NCBI GenBank assembly: GCA_029210585.1 | Contig: JARGFP010000001.1 | Span: 144,050 to 208,049 of the forward strand | DNA: 64,000 nt | Source: Bacteroidales bacterium | Lineage (GTDB): Bacteria; Bacteroidota; Bacteroidia; Bacteroidales; GCA-2748055 | Direction: 5' to 3' | In this document: positions 41,106 to 50,400 of the stretch, piece after piece | Layout of the letters: each line of letters opens with the position of its first letter | How positions within the stretch are numbered: position 1 is the first letter of the stretch | Position numbers and translations under genes: made by a program | Notes under the pieces: generated by a model | What the model was told of the DNA's origin: nothing | Databases searched by the model: none | Seen by the model: the letters and a program-made list of their open reading frames with translations, nothing else

Positions 41106-43052
41106 TTATTTTGAAATGATGAACTTTGCATGCCGCGTAACGACATTTCCGGTGCTATCCTGCCCGTTAAGTTCGAGCAGATACCATCCATTAGTGAATT
41201 CACCCGGAAGCGTAATCCTGCCCGTATTGTCATCTACCCGTCCACGGATCAGCAATCTTCCGGAGGCATCATAGATATGGTAGGTTGGCTGTGCAACCGG
41301 CAGTCTGTCAGCATCGTTGAATGCAACTTCCATGAATGACGAAGCAGGATTGGGGTAGATAGACACACTGCCAGCAGTTTCAACGATCCTGCCGGATGCC
41401 GAAGTAACACCATAGTATATTGAATACCAGCCTTCTTCCGGATCCCGGGAAGTGTTCATCTCATCATCGGTTGCTTCCAGGTAGAACCTGACCACACCAT
41501 CCGAGGAAAGTCCCGGATGAATCGCACGGTACACGCCGTCATTCAGTCTGGCAAGCGGTCGTTCGGTGAATGCATCGCCCGAAGAGAAGAATACCTTTAC
41601 TTCGGAGATCTCCCCGTCGTCTTCAACGAGGAACTGCACCTCTGCTTTTTCAGTAAGGATGGGCTGGCTCACATACAGCAGCGTGATGATCGGATCCACC
41701 GGGTTGAGATTGAGCTGGTCCAGTGCACTTGCAGACCTGGTATTGATAAACGGCTTGATACCCTTCCTGACATGGGCCCCGGCGGCTAATTCAAATGAAT
41801 TATAGAAATCCTGGTAGGTGTATCCATAATCCAGCGTCCTGTACAGGTCATCTGCTGCAGCCCCCAGTATCTGCTCCCTGGCACTGTCCAGCCACGGATC
41901 AAGGTGCGTACTGCTGTAGGTCGCATCAAGCAACCGATCCATATAGAAGGAGAACCGGTCGCGGTACACCTGGTGCTGCAGGATTCTTTCGGTCAGGGGA
42001 CGTGGTTCCCCGTGTTTGGACCAGCCATAGATGTCCCTGGTGGTCCAGTCATCATCGAACCACGAGATCCCGAAGGTATTGTCGGGGTCGTAGGGGATGA
42101 ACTCGAACTTGCGCGTTCCTTCGTTGTAATAGAGGTAGTAATTGTTTTTGTTGTAGGAGTATGCATCCCAGTGTCCTGCGAGGATTTCCACCGCCAGGTA
42201 TTTCAGATAGGAATTGATATTGAACACCCTGTTCATTTCAAGGGGAAAAATATCCGGAGTTGTATTATTCAGAATGCCGATAAAGTGTGCCAGGTCGCTG
42301 TAATCATCTGCCTCCACGTTGGTTTTCAGCTCATAGGCCCTCCTTCCGTCGTTTCCCTGTTTATACTTATCCGGGTCGCTCCCCCGGTACACCAGGTCGG
42401 CCGGCCACAGGCATTTGTAGAGGTTGCCATTGTTGTTCCCGAAGCGCAGGTCGACAAATTCCTCATCGACATGTTCCACGTTGAGATAGAGTCCGCGGTA
42501 CGCGCCGTTGATATAGAGGCGGACGTGGTTGGCACGTGATCCGGGCACGCCTGCTTCGCGGAACAGGTACCAGCTAAGCAGGGCGCGTGACATGCTGGGG
42601 TCGTTGTGTTCCCCGTTCAGGTTGATCTTCTCCACCCCGTAAAATTTTTGTCCGCGGATAAAGGTGTTGAGTGACACCTTGAAGGATTTTTTGGCAGAAT
42701 TGCGGGAAGTGTTGCCCCGGAGGCGGAAGCCGATGGAATCGATGGTTTCGGAATAGTTGCCTCGGTTGAAGGTGAACGTAGCCATATATTCATGGTCACT
42801 CTGTTCATTTCCTTCAGCGAGGATCATGGCCAGGGAGTCGGGATGGATGGTGATATCCACTCGTGCCAGCGTGCTGTTATCGAACAATGGTCCGTTAATG
42901 GGGAACCTGTCCTGGGCATTGGCTGCCCCGGAGAGAAGCAAAAAGAACAGTACGTAATGTGTGGCAAACGGTGCCCTTGAGAAAAAATGCATCATACGCG
43001 ATAAAGTTACATGCTTTTTTATGTTTTTTCTTTGGTGGAATGAAAAAATCAC
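41106..43052 (-). CDS. CotH-family protein with T9SS type-A C-terminal sorting domain
   Basis: CotH-like 'GFRLRGNTSRNSAKKSFKVSLN' and 'LNGEHNDPSMSR'. The C-terminal ~80 aa read 'SIYPNPASSFMEV...Y.IYDASGRL...G.Y.LEL', typical of a Por/T9SS CTD. Confidence 0.85.
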   Translation of the reverse strand: MIFSFHQRKNIKKHVTLSRMMHFFSRAPFATHYVLFFLLLSGAANAQDRFPINGPLFDNSTLARVDITIHPDSLAMILAEGNEQSDHEYMATFTFNRGNYSETIDSIGFRLRGNTSRNSAKKSFKVSLNTFIRGQKFYGVEKINLNGEHNDPSMSRALLSWYLFREAGVPGSRANHVRLYINGAYRGLYLNVEHVDEEFVDLRFGNNNGNLYKCLWPADLVYRGSDPDKYKQGNDGRRAYELKTNVEADDYSDLAHFIGILNNTTPDIFPLEMNRVFNINSYLKYLAVEILAGHWDAYSYNKNNYYLYYNEGTRKFEFIPYDPDNTFGISWFDDDWTTRDIYGWSKHGEPRPLTERILQHQVYRDRFSFYMDRLLDATYSSTHLDPWLDSAREQILGAAADDLYRTLDYGYTYQDFYNSFELAAGAHVRKGIKPFINTRSASALDQLNLNPVDPIITLLYVSQPILTEKAEVQFLVEDDGEISEVKVFFSSGDAFTERPLARLNDGVYRAIHPGLSSDGVVRFYLEATDDEMNTSRDPEEGWYSIYYGVTSASGRIVETAGSVSIYPNPASSFMEVAFNDADRLPVAQPTYHIYDASGRLLIRGRVDDNTGRITLPGEFTNGWYLLELNGQDSTGNVVTRHAKFIISK

Positions 43053-43122
43053 CTATTTTTGCCACGCGTTTGAATGACGCACGTTCGCTGGAAGTATTGA
43101 TACTAATAGTTAACATTCTAAA

Positions 43123-43196
43123 GGTCTGGTAGTTCAGTTGGTTAGAATGCCGGCCTGTCACGCCGGAGGTCGCGAGTTCGAGTCTCGTCCAGACCG
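43123..43196 (+). tRNA. tRNA-Asp (anticodon GTC)
   Basis: Hand-folded cloverleaf: acceptor GGTCTGG/CCAGACC, anticodon stem CCGGC/GCCGG with loop CTGTCAC, T-arm GCGAG-TTCGAGT-CTCGT, discriminator G. No CCA is encoded. Confidence 0.95.
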
Positions 43197-43204
43197 CTTA
43201 AAAC

Positions 43205-43238
43205 CCTGCAAGTCACTGATTTGCAGGGCTTTTTGTTG
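43205..43238 (+). terminator. Rho-independent terminator after tRNA-Asp
   Basis: Stem ccctgcaa/ttgcaggg with a 9-nt loop, followed by cttttt. Confidence 0.7.
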
Positions 43239-43261
43239 TTAACAACCAAAAGCATGGGTTA

Positions 43262-43285
43262 ATTCGCAACCAGCATTCGCAACCA
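43262..43285. repeat. 11-bp direct repeat ATTCGCAACCA x2 (2-nt spacer)
   Basis: aATTCGCAACCAgcATTCGCAACCAaaa, read directly, about 65 nt downstream of the tRNA. Confidence 0.9.
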
Positions 43286-43362
43286 AAATCGAAAATAAGC
43301 TATAAGAAATGGCAAGGTTAATTATTACTACAAATTTTGATTGAGGACGAATTCCATTAACG

Positions 43363-43400
43363 AAAACACCTCGCAAACTCTATGTTTACGAGGTGTTTTT
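43363..43400. terminator. Bidirectional hairpin terminator
   Basis: aaaacacctcg-N15-cgaggtgtttt with an A-run before and a T-run after. It lies just downstream of the minus-strand ORF ending at 43435. Confidence 0.6.
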
Positions 43401-43434
43401 CATTTTTGGGCAACCGAATTTAGGTCGAATGATA

Positions 43435-44109
43435 TCAGTGTTCCCAGAAATCAGTTCCCTTATTATAGATTATATAAAAATGGTAGGGTGAAAAATATTT
43501 CATTTTATAAGTTACAAGCGAACTTTTCTGTCCACAATATTCTTCATATGTACTTTTAACTAACATATCTTTCGGATAATTTGTAATTTCAGAAATATAA
43601 AACTCATTTTCCACAGTTATTGGGTTCATTGGGGTTCCGACATAATACAGTAATCTGTTGCTAAATACAATTGGACTGCCAGATTTTTCAAATTCCAAGG
43701 TTATTATATCCTTTTCTTTTTTCGGGTATTTCAATAAATCACAATCTCTTATTAAAGCCTCATTTATATTGTATTCTGCAATAATTTTTGCTGAATTAGA
43801 TGGAATACGGACAATCTGTTTTTCGGTAAATGATACGGACTCTTCTGAGGATATTGCGTTTGCAACTTGATTTGCTGTCATGAATTTACTATTAAAAGAT
43901 GAACCCGATACAGAAACCCCCGTCCCTTCAGAAACAGTGAAGACTCTATTCTTAAAATAATCATAGGCTATTCCGTTCTGTAAGAAAAAACTCTCTTCCA
44001 TATTTAGGAAAATTGTTTCATCGGTTTTATTATAGAATGTGAATCCAATATTTCCCTTTTCTCCCCATAGGTCATAAATGACTTCACAATTTTCATCTTC
44101 ATAGACCAA
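43435..44109 (-). CDS. Hypothetical protein, probably 5'-truncated
   Basis: 224 codons, AT-rich. The only start is TTG, 11 codons after an in-frame TGA, with no signal peptide or ATG. No family recognised. Confidence 0.45.
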   Translation of the reverse strand: MVYEDENCEVIYDLWGEKGNIGFTFYNKTDETIFLNMEESFFLQNGIAYDYFKNRVFTVSEGTGVSVSGSSFNSKFMTANQVANAISSEESVSFTEKQIVRIPSNSAKIIAEYNINEALIRDCDLLKYPKKEKDIITLEFEKSGSPIVFSNRLLYYVGTPMNPITVENEFYISEITNYPKDMLVKSTYEEYCGQKSSLVTYKMKYFSPYHFYIIYNKGTDFWEH

Positions 44110-44320
44110 ATAATTGTCTCGCTCAACAATCTTTGTCTTTCAGGTAGTAATGTCAGATATTACTAAAGCCAAAATGAACACCTGCCATTAACTGCTTCGA
44201 AAACGAAGATTACGGAACTCCTGTTACACTGATAATCGGCATTTCCCGGAGAATGAAGCAATGAATTATGGATGAGTGGAATGCGTGACAAGGGTTGCAA
44301 TCCACACCGAACAAACCAAA

Positions 44321-44352
44321 AAAGCCGGTACATTGCTGCACCGGCTTTTTTT
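44321..44352. terminator. Bidirectional hairpin terminator
   Basis: aaagccggt-N10-accggcttt flanked by an A-run and a T-run. Confidence 0.6.
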
Positions 44353-45025
44353 CTGGTCTGAATACGAAGGCTGGATTTACTCTTCAGCGGTCTCAGTTTC
44401 CATCACCTTTTCCCAAACCTGGGCTTTCACGATGGTCCTGAGCTTCGTAACATCATCGAACCATTCCACAATAGAATGTAAAGAGGTGGAACACTTTCAG
44501 AAGGGACAATTTGTGTCAGGCGGCAACGCAAGGGATGATAACAGGCATTTATGTTAAATGTGCTTAGTAAGTTGAAAACATCCTGATCATTGGATTGGTT
44601 CGCACATATTACACTGATTAACAACTATTTAACATGATGATTACTGCCTTTTTCATTTTTCCTGCTGTAACCGACGTAGTTTACCCGAAGCTGGCCCTTC
44701 AAAAACAGGCCCATGACCTAATAAGCAGCCAGGGGATTATTCCCTGCAGTTGCATGAAGATTCAAATCAAATTCTATATTTCGCAACCTGCCTGTTGTTG
44801 CACTCGAAGCAAATACCAATGGTGGCGCCCGGTTTCAAAACATGTGAATGATGTAAAGAATAGGTAAAGTTGTGTAATACATTCTGTATGGAATACGCCC
44901 ACCTTTGTACCTACAGATAGTGCGCCCAGAAAACATGATGGCGGGGAAAATCTGCTTTATGTTATAAAAAAATGTAAAGCCACTACAATGTAATTGACTA
45001 TACCAATAGATTAATACACCATATC

Positions 45026-45175
45026 ATGTCACACGAAAAGGAAAAAAAAGAAAAATCAGGTAAGAAGGTTGCAGTCATGAACCTGAAAGAAAAACGTGCT
45101 GCCAAAGCAGCGAAACGCAATAAGAAAGACCCGTTAAGTTCCGTACTGCTTAATCCTCTTAAGAAAACAAAATAA
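45026..45175 (+). CDS. Candidate 49-aa lysine-rich small protein
   Basis: ATG...TAA ORF below the ORF-track cutoff: MSHEKEKKEKSGKKVAVMNLKEKRAAKAAKRNKKDPLSSVLLNPLKKTK. It ends 25 nt before the next gene. An A-rich sequence could produce this ORF by chance. Confidence 0.3.
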   Translation: MSHEKEKKEKSGKKVAVMNLKEKRAAKAAKRNKKDPLSSVLLNPLKKTK

Positions 45176-45200
45176 TTACCATAATAAAAACTTAAACACA

Positions 45201-45605
45201 ATGAAAAATTTAAGAAATATCTCGTTACTGGCACTCATGGTCTTTTTTACCTCATGTATGACGACTATAAAGTTTCCCACTTCTGATGTAACCCCGGCAG
45301 CAGATATCTCGGCTTCGAAGAAGTCTGCGGATAAGAATGGGAATTACAAGATCTCAATTACTGCTAAGAACCTGGCTTCAGCCGACAGGCTGGATCCTTC
45401 ACAAAGTGTATACGTTGCCTGGATTGTCACCAATACTGAGGGAACAAAGAGCATTGGACGGCTTACGAACAAGAATGCAAAAACCGCAAATTTAGAAACA
45501 TTAACACCTTTTGCATTTAACGAGATATTCATTACCGCCGAGGGTCTGTCCGATGTCTCATATCCTTATGGGATTGAGATTACCAGGGCAAACTTCAGAA
45601 AATAA
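45201..45605 (+). CDS. Hypothetical lipoprotein
   Basis: Lipobox 'VFFTSC' after MKNLRNISLLALM; 134 aa, beta-rich. No family recognised. Confidence 0.7.
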   Translation: MKNLRNISLLALMVFFTSCMTTIKFPTSDVTPAADISASKKSADKNGNYKISITAKNLASADRLDPSQSVYVAWIVTNTEGTKSIGRLTNKNAKTANLETLTPFAFNEIFITAEGLSDVSYPYGIEITRANFRK

Positions 45606-45640
45606 TTCACTATAAGTCAGAATAATTCAATAACATATTC

Positions 45641-45664
45641 ATAAATAAATAAATAAATAAATAA
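45641..45664. repeat. Tetranucleotide microsatellite (ATAA)x6
   Basis: Six perfect ATAA units ending 4 nt before the ATG at 45669. Confidence 0.95.
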
Positions 45665-45668
45665 TAAA

Positions 45669-46733
45669 ATGAGATTTAAAATAATTTTACCAGTCATAGC
45701 CATGCTATTGCCGGTTGTATTCCTTACAAGCTGCGAAGATGATAACGACAACTTAAAGCCCATCGTAACATCTACATTTCCCCTTGATGATGAAGATGGA
45801 ATTGCACGAAATGCGGTATTCACGGCTACTTTCAGCATGGAAATGGATCCATCAACCATAAATACCACCACCTTCACAGTTAAACAAGGTGCTACTGGTA
45901 TTCCCGGAACCGTAGCGTATGCAGGACAAACTGCGACCTTTTCCCCACTTGGCACGCTGGGAGCATCAACCGATTATTCTGTTACAGTATCTACCAATGC
46001 AAAAAGTGCAACAGGTGAAGCCTTAGCCAGTAATCACACATGGAATTTTACTACAGGAGGGAATCAACTTGGCCTTAACGCTGTGAATCTTCGTGCGGCA
46101 GGCAATTACGTTCTACTTGCAAAAACAGCTGTGAACAATAATCCAACCTCTGCGATTACCGGGGATATTGGCCTTAGTCCGGCAGCAACCTCATACATGG
46201 TAGGTTTTTCTTTAACAGATGAAACAGGGTATGCCACTTCAGACCAGGTTACAGGAAATTTATATGCTGCCGATATGGCCGATCCCACGCCCATTAATCT
46301 TACCACAGCTGTGGAGAACATGATTACGGCATACAACGATGCGGCAGGTCGTTCATTTCCTGATTTTAGTGAATTAGCTTCGGGAAGCATCGGCGGATTA
46401 TCCATTGACCCGGGGCTTTACAAGTGGACCAGTACGGTTGATATATCTTCTGATATCACCATTTCTGGTAATTCTACCGATGTCTGGATCTTCCAGATTA
46501 CCGATAACCTTACTGTCAGCTCAGCATCGAGGGTAATTCTCAGCGGCGGAGCACAAGCAAAAAATATCTTTTGGCAGGTGGCAGGTCAGGCAACCTTTGG
46601 AACAACCTCGCATTTCGAGGGAGTCATCCTATCCATGACAGGCATCACCTTTCAAACCGGTGCTTCATTAAATGGTCGTGCTCTGGCACAAACAGCCGTT
46701 GTGCTCGATGACAACGTTATTGCTCAACCATAA
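45669..46733 (+). CDS. DUF3494 ice-binding-protein-like lipoprotein with N-terminal bacterial Ig-like domain
   Basis: Lipobox 'VFLTSC'. An Ig-like segment follows ('TSTFPLDDEDGIARNAVFTATFSMEMDPSTIN..TFTV'). The DUF3494 hallmarks then read 'AAGNYVLLAKTAV.N...SAITGDIGLSPAA', 'AYNDAAGR', 'PGLYKW.S', 'NIFWQVAGQATFGTTSHFEGVILS...ITFQTGASLNGRALAQTAV.L'. Confidence 0.85.
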   Translation: MRFKIILPVIAMLLPVVFLTSCEDDNDNLKPIVTSTFPLDDEDGIARNAVFTATFSMEMDPSTINTTTFTVKQGATGIPGTVAYAGQTATFSPLGTLGASTDYSVTVSTNAKSATGEALASNHTWNFTTGGNQLGLNAVNLRAAGNYVLLAKTAVNNNPTSAITGDIGLSPAATSYMVGFSLTDETGYATSDQVTGNLYAADMADPTPINLTTAVENMITAYNDAAGRSFPDFSELASGSIGGLSIDPGLYKWTSTVDISSDITISGNSTDVWIFQITDNLTVSSASRVILSGGAQAKNIFWQVAGQATFGTTSHFEGVILSMTGITFQTGASLNGRALAQTAVVLDDNVIAQP

Positions 46734-46759
46734 AGGATAAGCAATCCTCCCTGCATTAA

Positions 46760-46791
46760 AGGAGCTGCCAGATGGCAGCTCCTTTTTTTTT
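46760..46791 (+). terminator. Rho-independent terminator
   Basis: aggagctgcc-agat-ggcagctcct followed by T9. Confidence 0.85.
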
Positions 46792-46850
46792 ATGATTGCT
46801 CCTCCATCTCATCTTTTTCAAAAGGACCTCTGCCCCGTGAAATCCAATAT

Positions 46851-46887
46851 GTGTGAATAATACAAATCTTAGGCTGAATTATGTAAC
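46851..46887 (+). promoter_or_regulatory. Copy 1 of bipartite motif GTGTGAAT-N23-TGTAAC
   Basis: Exact 8-mer and 6-mer with an exact 23-nt spacer. The element ends 55 nt upstream of the ATG at 46943. Confidence 0.7.
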
Positions 46888-46942
46888 AGGAAAGGTACGT
46901 TTGTCCAGTATCTTTGGGTATATAAATTAAAAAAAATACAAG

Positions 46943-47278
46943 ATGAAAAAAATTATTTTTTTCGTGATCGTCGCGGTATTCACATTGAGCTCATCATTAG
47001 TATTTGCCGGGAATACCGACAGAACCGCTGATCCGGATAAATTGGCTGTTCCCGCGCAAACGGAAAACAAATTATCTGATGCTGAAATTGACCGCATCAC
47101 AAAACGTGTTGAAGAAATCCGCAACATGGACAAAGGTGACTTAACCTCAGAAGAAAAAATTGAACTTAAAAATGAAATGAAGGAAATGAGAAAAACTATA
47201 AAAGGTCCTGGTGGGGTGATTTACATTGGTGCCGGTTCACTTTTATTAATTATCATCCTTGTAATATTGTTGGTTTAA
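46943..47278 (+). CDS. Small secreted / C-terminally TM-anchored coiled-coil protein
   Basis: Signal peptide, charged helical middle (EEKIELKNEMKEMRK), and a C-terminal 'GGVIYIGAGSLLLIIILVILLV' anchor. Confidence 0.7.
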   Translation: MKKIIFFVIVAVFTLSSSLVFAGNTDRTADPDKLAVPAQTENKLSDAEIDRITKRVEEIRNMDKGDLTSEEKIELKNEMKEMRKTIKGPGGVIYIGAGSLLLIIILVILLV

Positions 47279-47298
47279 TTAGGGGTTCGTTCAACATT

Positions 47299-47334
47299 TG
47301 TGCAGCACGCTTCATGTGCTGCACATTTTTTTTG
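47299..47334 (+). terminator. Rho-independent terminator
   Basis: tgtgcagcac-N7-gtgctgcaca followed by T8. Confidence 0.85.
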
Positions 47335-47431
47335 TTAAACATCCAATGTGAAAAGTTACCCATCCAACCGGGTACAAAAGAACAGGCAAGCAAGTATATG
47401 AGGGCGCCATATACCTCTTCAAATAATCATC

Positions 47432-50400
47432 ATGGCAGGCATCCATCCATCAAAAATCAACATGAAAATTCCTTCCGGCACCCTGGATTCCCGGAGGTTT
47501 CTATGCATCTGTTTGTTTGCTGCCGTATCATTTTATACTGCTTTCTCCCAGGAGTATTTCCAGCAGGAAGTCAAATACACGATCAGCGTTACGCTTCGGG
47601 ATACGTCTCACGAGTTAGATGCGTTTGAAAAAATCGTGTACATCAACCATTCTCCCGATACGCTTCATTTTATCTATTTCCATCTTTGGCCAAATGCCTG
47701 GTCGGACAACAATACCGCTTTGGCCAGGCAGGTATTCCAGGTGAACGGGCCATCAAAGTTGTTCAATGATCCGGAATTGAAAGGGTATATTGACGCACTG
47801 GACTTCCAGGTAAATGGCAGCCAGGTTCAATGGAACTTACTGACTGACCGGCCCGACATTTGCAGGATTGAACTGAACCAACCCCTGGAAGCCGGCGATA
47901 CAATGCACATTACCACACCCTTCCATGTTAAAATACCCAGTGGTGCTACATCCAGGCTGGGACATATCGGGGAATCCTATCAAATCTCCCAGTGGTATCC
48001 CAAACCGGCGGTATATGACCGGGACGGATGGCATCCAATGTCTTATCTCGATCGGGGTGAATTTTATTCAGAATTCGGATCTTTCGATGTCAGGATTACA
48101 CTTCCCTCCAACTATATTGTGGGAGCAACCGGGAACCTGCACAGCCAACAGGAGATTGAAATGCTTGATGCACTTGCTGCCGACACCTCCTGGACAGATG
48201 CCTCGCACATTGGGAAAGTCCCGTTTCCGGCTTCGACAAAACAGGTGAAAACCCTGCACTATACCGCCAATGCGGTGCATGATTTTGCCTGGTTCGCCGA
48301 CAAGCGATTTAATGTAATGAAGGGGCATGTATCACTTCCCGGCTCAGGCAGGGAAGTTACCACCTGGGTGATGTTTACCAACAGGCAGTCCAACCTCTGG
48401 AAGGAGGCCCTGAATTACGTAAATGACGCGATTTTATGGGCCTCAATGAAAACCGGTGATTATCCGTACCAGCATTTCACGGCCGTTCAAAGTGACCGGA
48501 GTGCCGGTTACGGTATGGAATACCCGGGAATCGCTGTAATTGGTATTGCAAAGGATGCATACACGCTGGACGTTGTGCTGACACACGAAATTTTTCATAA
48601 TTGGTTTTATGCGGCACTGGCATCAAATGAGCGCAAGTATCCGTTTATGGACGAAGGCATTACAAGCGCATATACAACGCGGTATTTGAATCAAAAATAT
48701 CCGTATAAAAAACTTTGGCAAGTGTATCTGAAAAACTGGGAACTGGCCCGGTTTCTAGATATCGACCAATTGCCAGTGGAGCGGATGCGGGAGCTGGAAT
48801 GGCTTATACAGGCCCGCAGCAACCTCGAACAGCCAGTGAATTTGCCTGCAACCGAATACAGTGAAATAAATTATGGCATATCCCTTTACAATAAAGCCGA
48901 TCTTGCCTTCAATTATCTGCGGGAATTCCTCGGAGATTCGCTATTTGATGCTGCCATGCGCGAATACTATCAGAGCTGGATGTTCATGCATCCTCAACCC
49001 AACGATTTGCAACAAGAGTTTGAAAAGAAACCCGGCAAAAACCTGGATTGGTTTTTTAATGATTTAATAGGCACTAATCAACGCCTGGACTATCAAATGG
49101 TGCGCATAAAGCAACGCCAGGTGCTTATCAAAAACAAGGGCGAACTGGTAGCTCCGCTCATTGTTGCCGGCATGAACGGAGATTCCGTCTTTTTTGAAAA
49201 ATGGGTGGATGGATTCGCAGGTCAGCAATGGATCGAACTGCCCGACGGTAATTATACAGAAATTAGCATTGACCCCTGGCATGTAATGCCCGAAATTCAC
49301 AGGATGAACAACAACATCCGGAAAACAGGTACTTTTCCCCGGACCGATCCCATACATACCCAGCTCCTTTTTACCCTTGATGATCCTGAAAAACACACAC
49401 TTATGTACTTACCGTTAATCAACTGGACGCGGGAAAACGGGTTTATGGCGGGGTTGGCAGTCTATAACGGAATGATCATTCCAAAGCATGCGGAATTTGT
49501 TGTAATACCGTTTTATGCATTCGGAAATAATGATTTGGCAGGATTTGGCAAGATCACTTACAAGATTACACCCTACGATACATTTATCAGGCTGGCAGAA
49601 ATTTACCTGGAAGGAATCCGGTTCGGTGCACCGGGCAACCAAAACTACAGGAAGGTAACAACCGGGGCTGATTTGTTTTTCAGAAACCAGGACATGAGGA
49701 GCCCGCTTTCCCACCAATTATCAGGGGAATACATTTTTGCCTCCAACCTTTACCAGGTTGAACTTCAGGAGCAGGCTAAAATGAATTTTTTTATCCATTA
49801 TGGTTATCGGCTGGAGAGGCGCAGTACCATTCATCCATTCACCCTGCAGGCAGGTTATGAATCCGGAAGATCACACCAAAAAACTACGGTTGAATTCAAT
49901 TACAGACTGGGTTACTATGGCAGGAAGAATGGATTGGACCTCCGATTCTTTGCAGGGACCATGCTGAAAGAAGATCCGAAATTTCCATTTTATTCGTTTG
50001 CACCAGGAGGCAGAAGTGGTCGCGAATTATATCTTTTCCAGGAGACCTTTCCCGACCGGTTTGCCGTTTTCCCAACCAATTTATGGTCGCGACAAATGAG
50101 CCTGTCCGAAGGAGCTTTGGTGACGCCTGTTAATGAACACCTGGGCTACAGCCGCTGGCTTGTTTCCCTGTCGTTGACCAGCAGTTTGCCTGGAAAAATC
50201 AGCCGGTTGCCACTGAAGCCTTTTGTCAATCTGCTTATAAACGACCAGAGGGCCGGCAGTAATAACGCTCCGCCCATTTTCTATGAGGCAGGCATAAAAA
50301 CAGGTCTTTGGAATATCCTGGAAATATATGTCCCATTACTGGTTTCCAACAACATCGCATCAGTCGGTGGACCATTCAAAAACAGGATTCGTTTTGTTTT

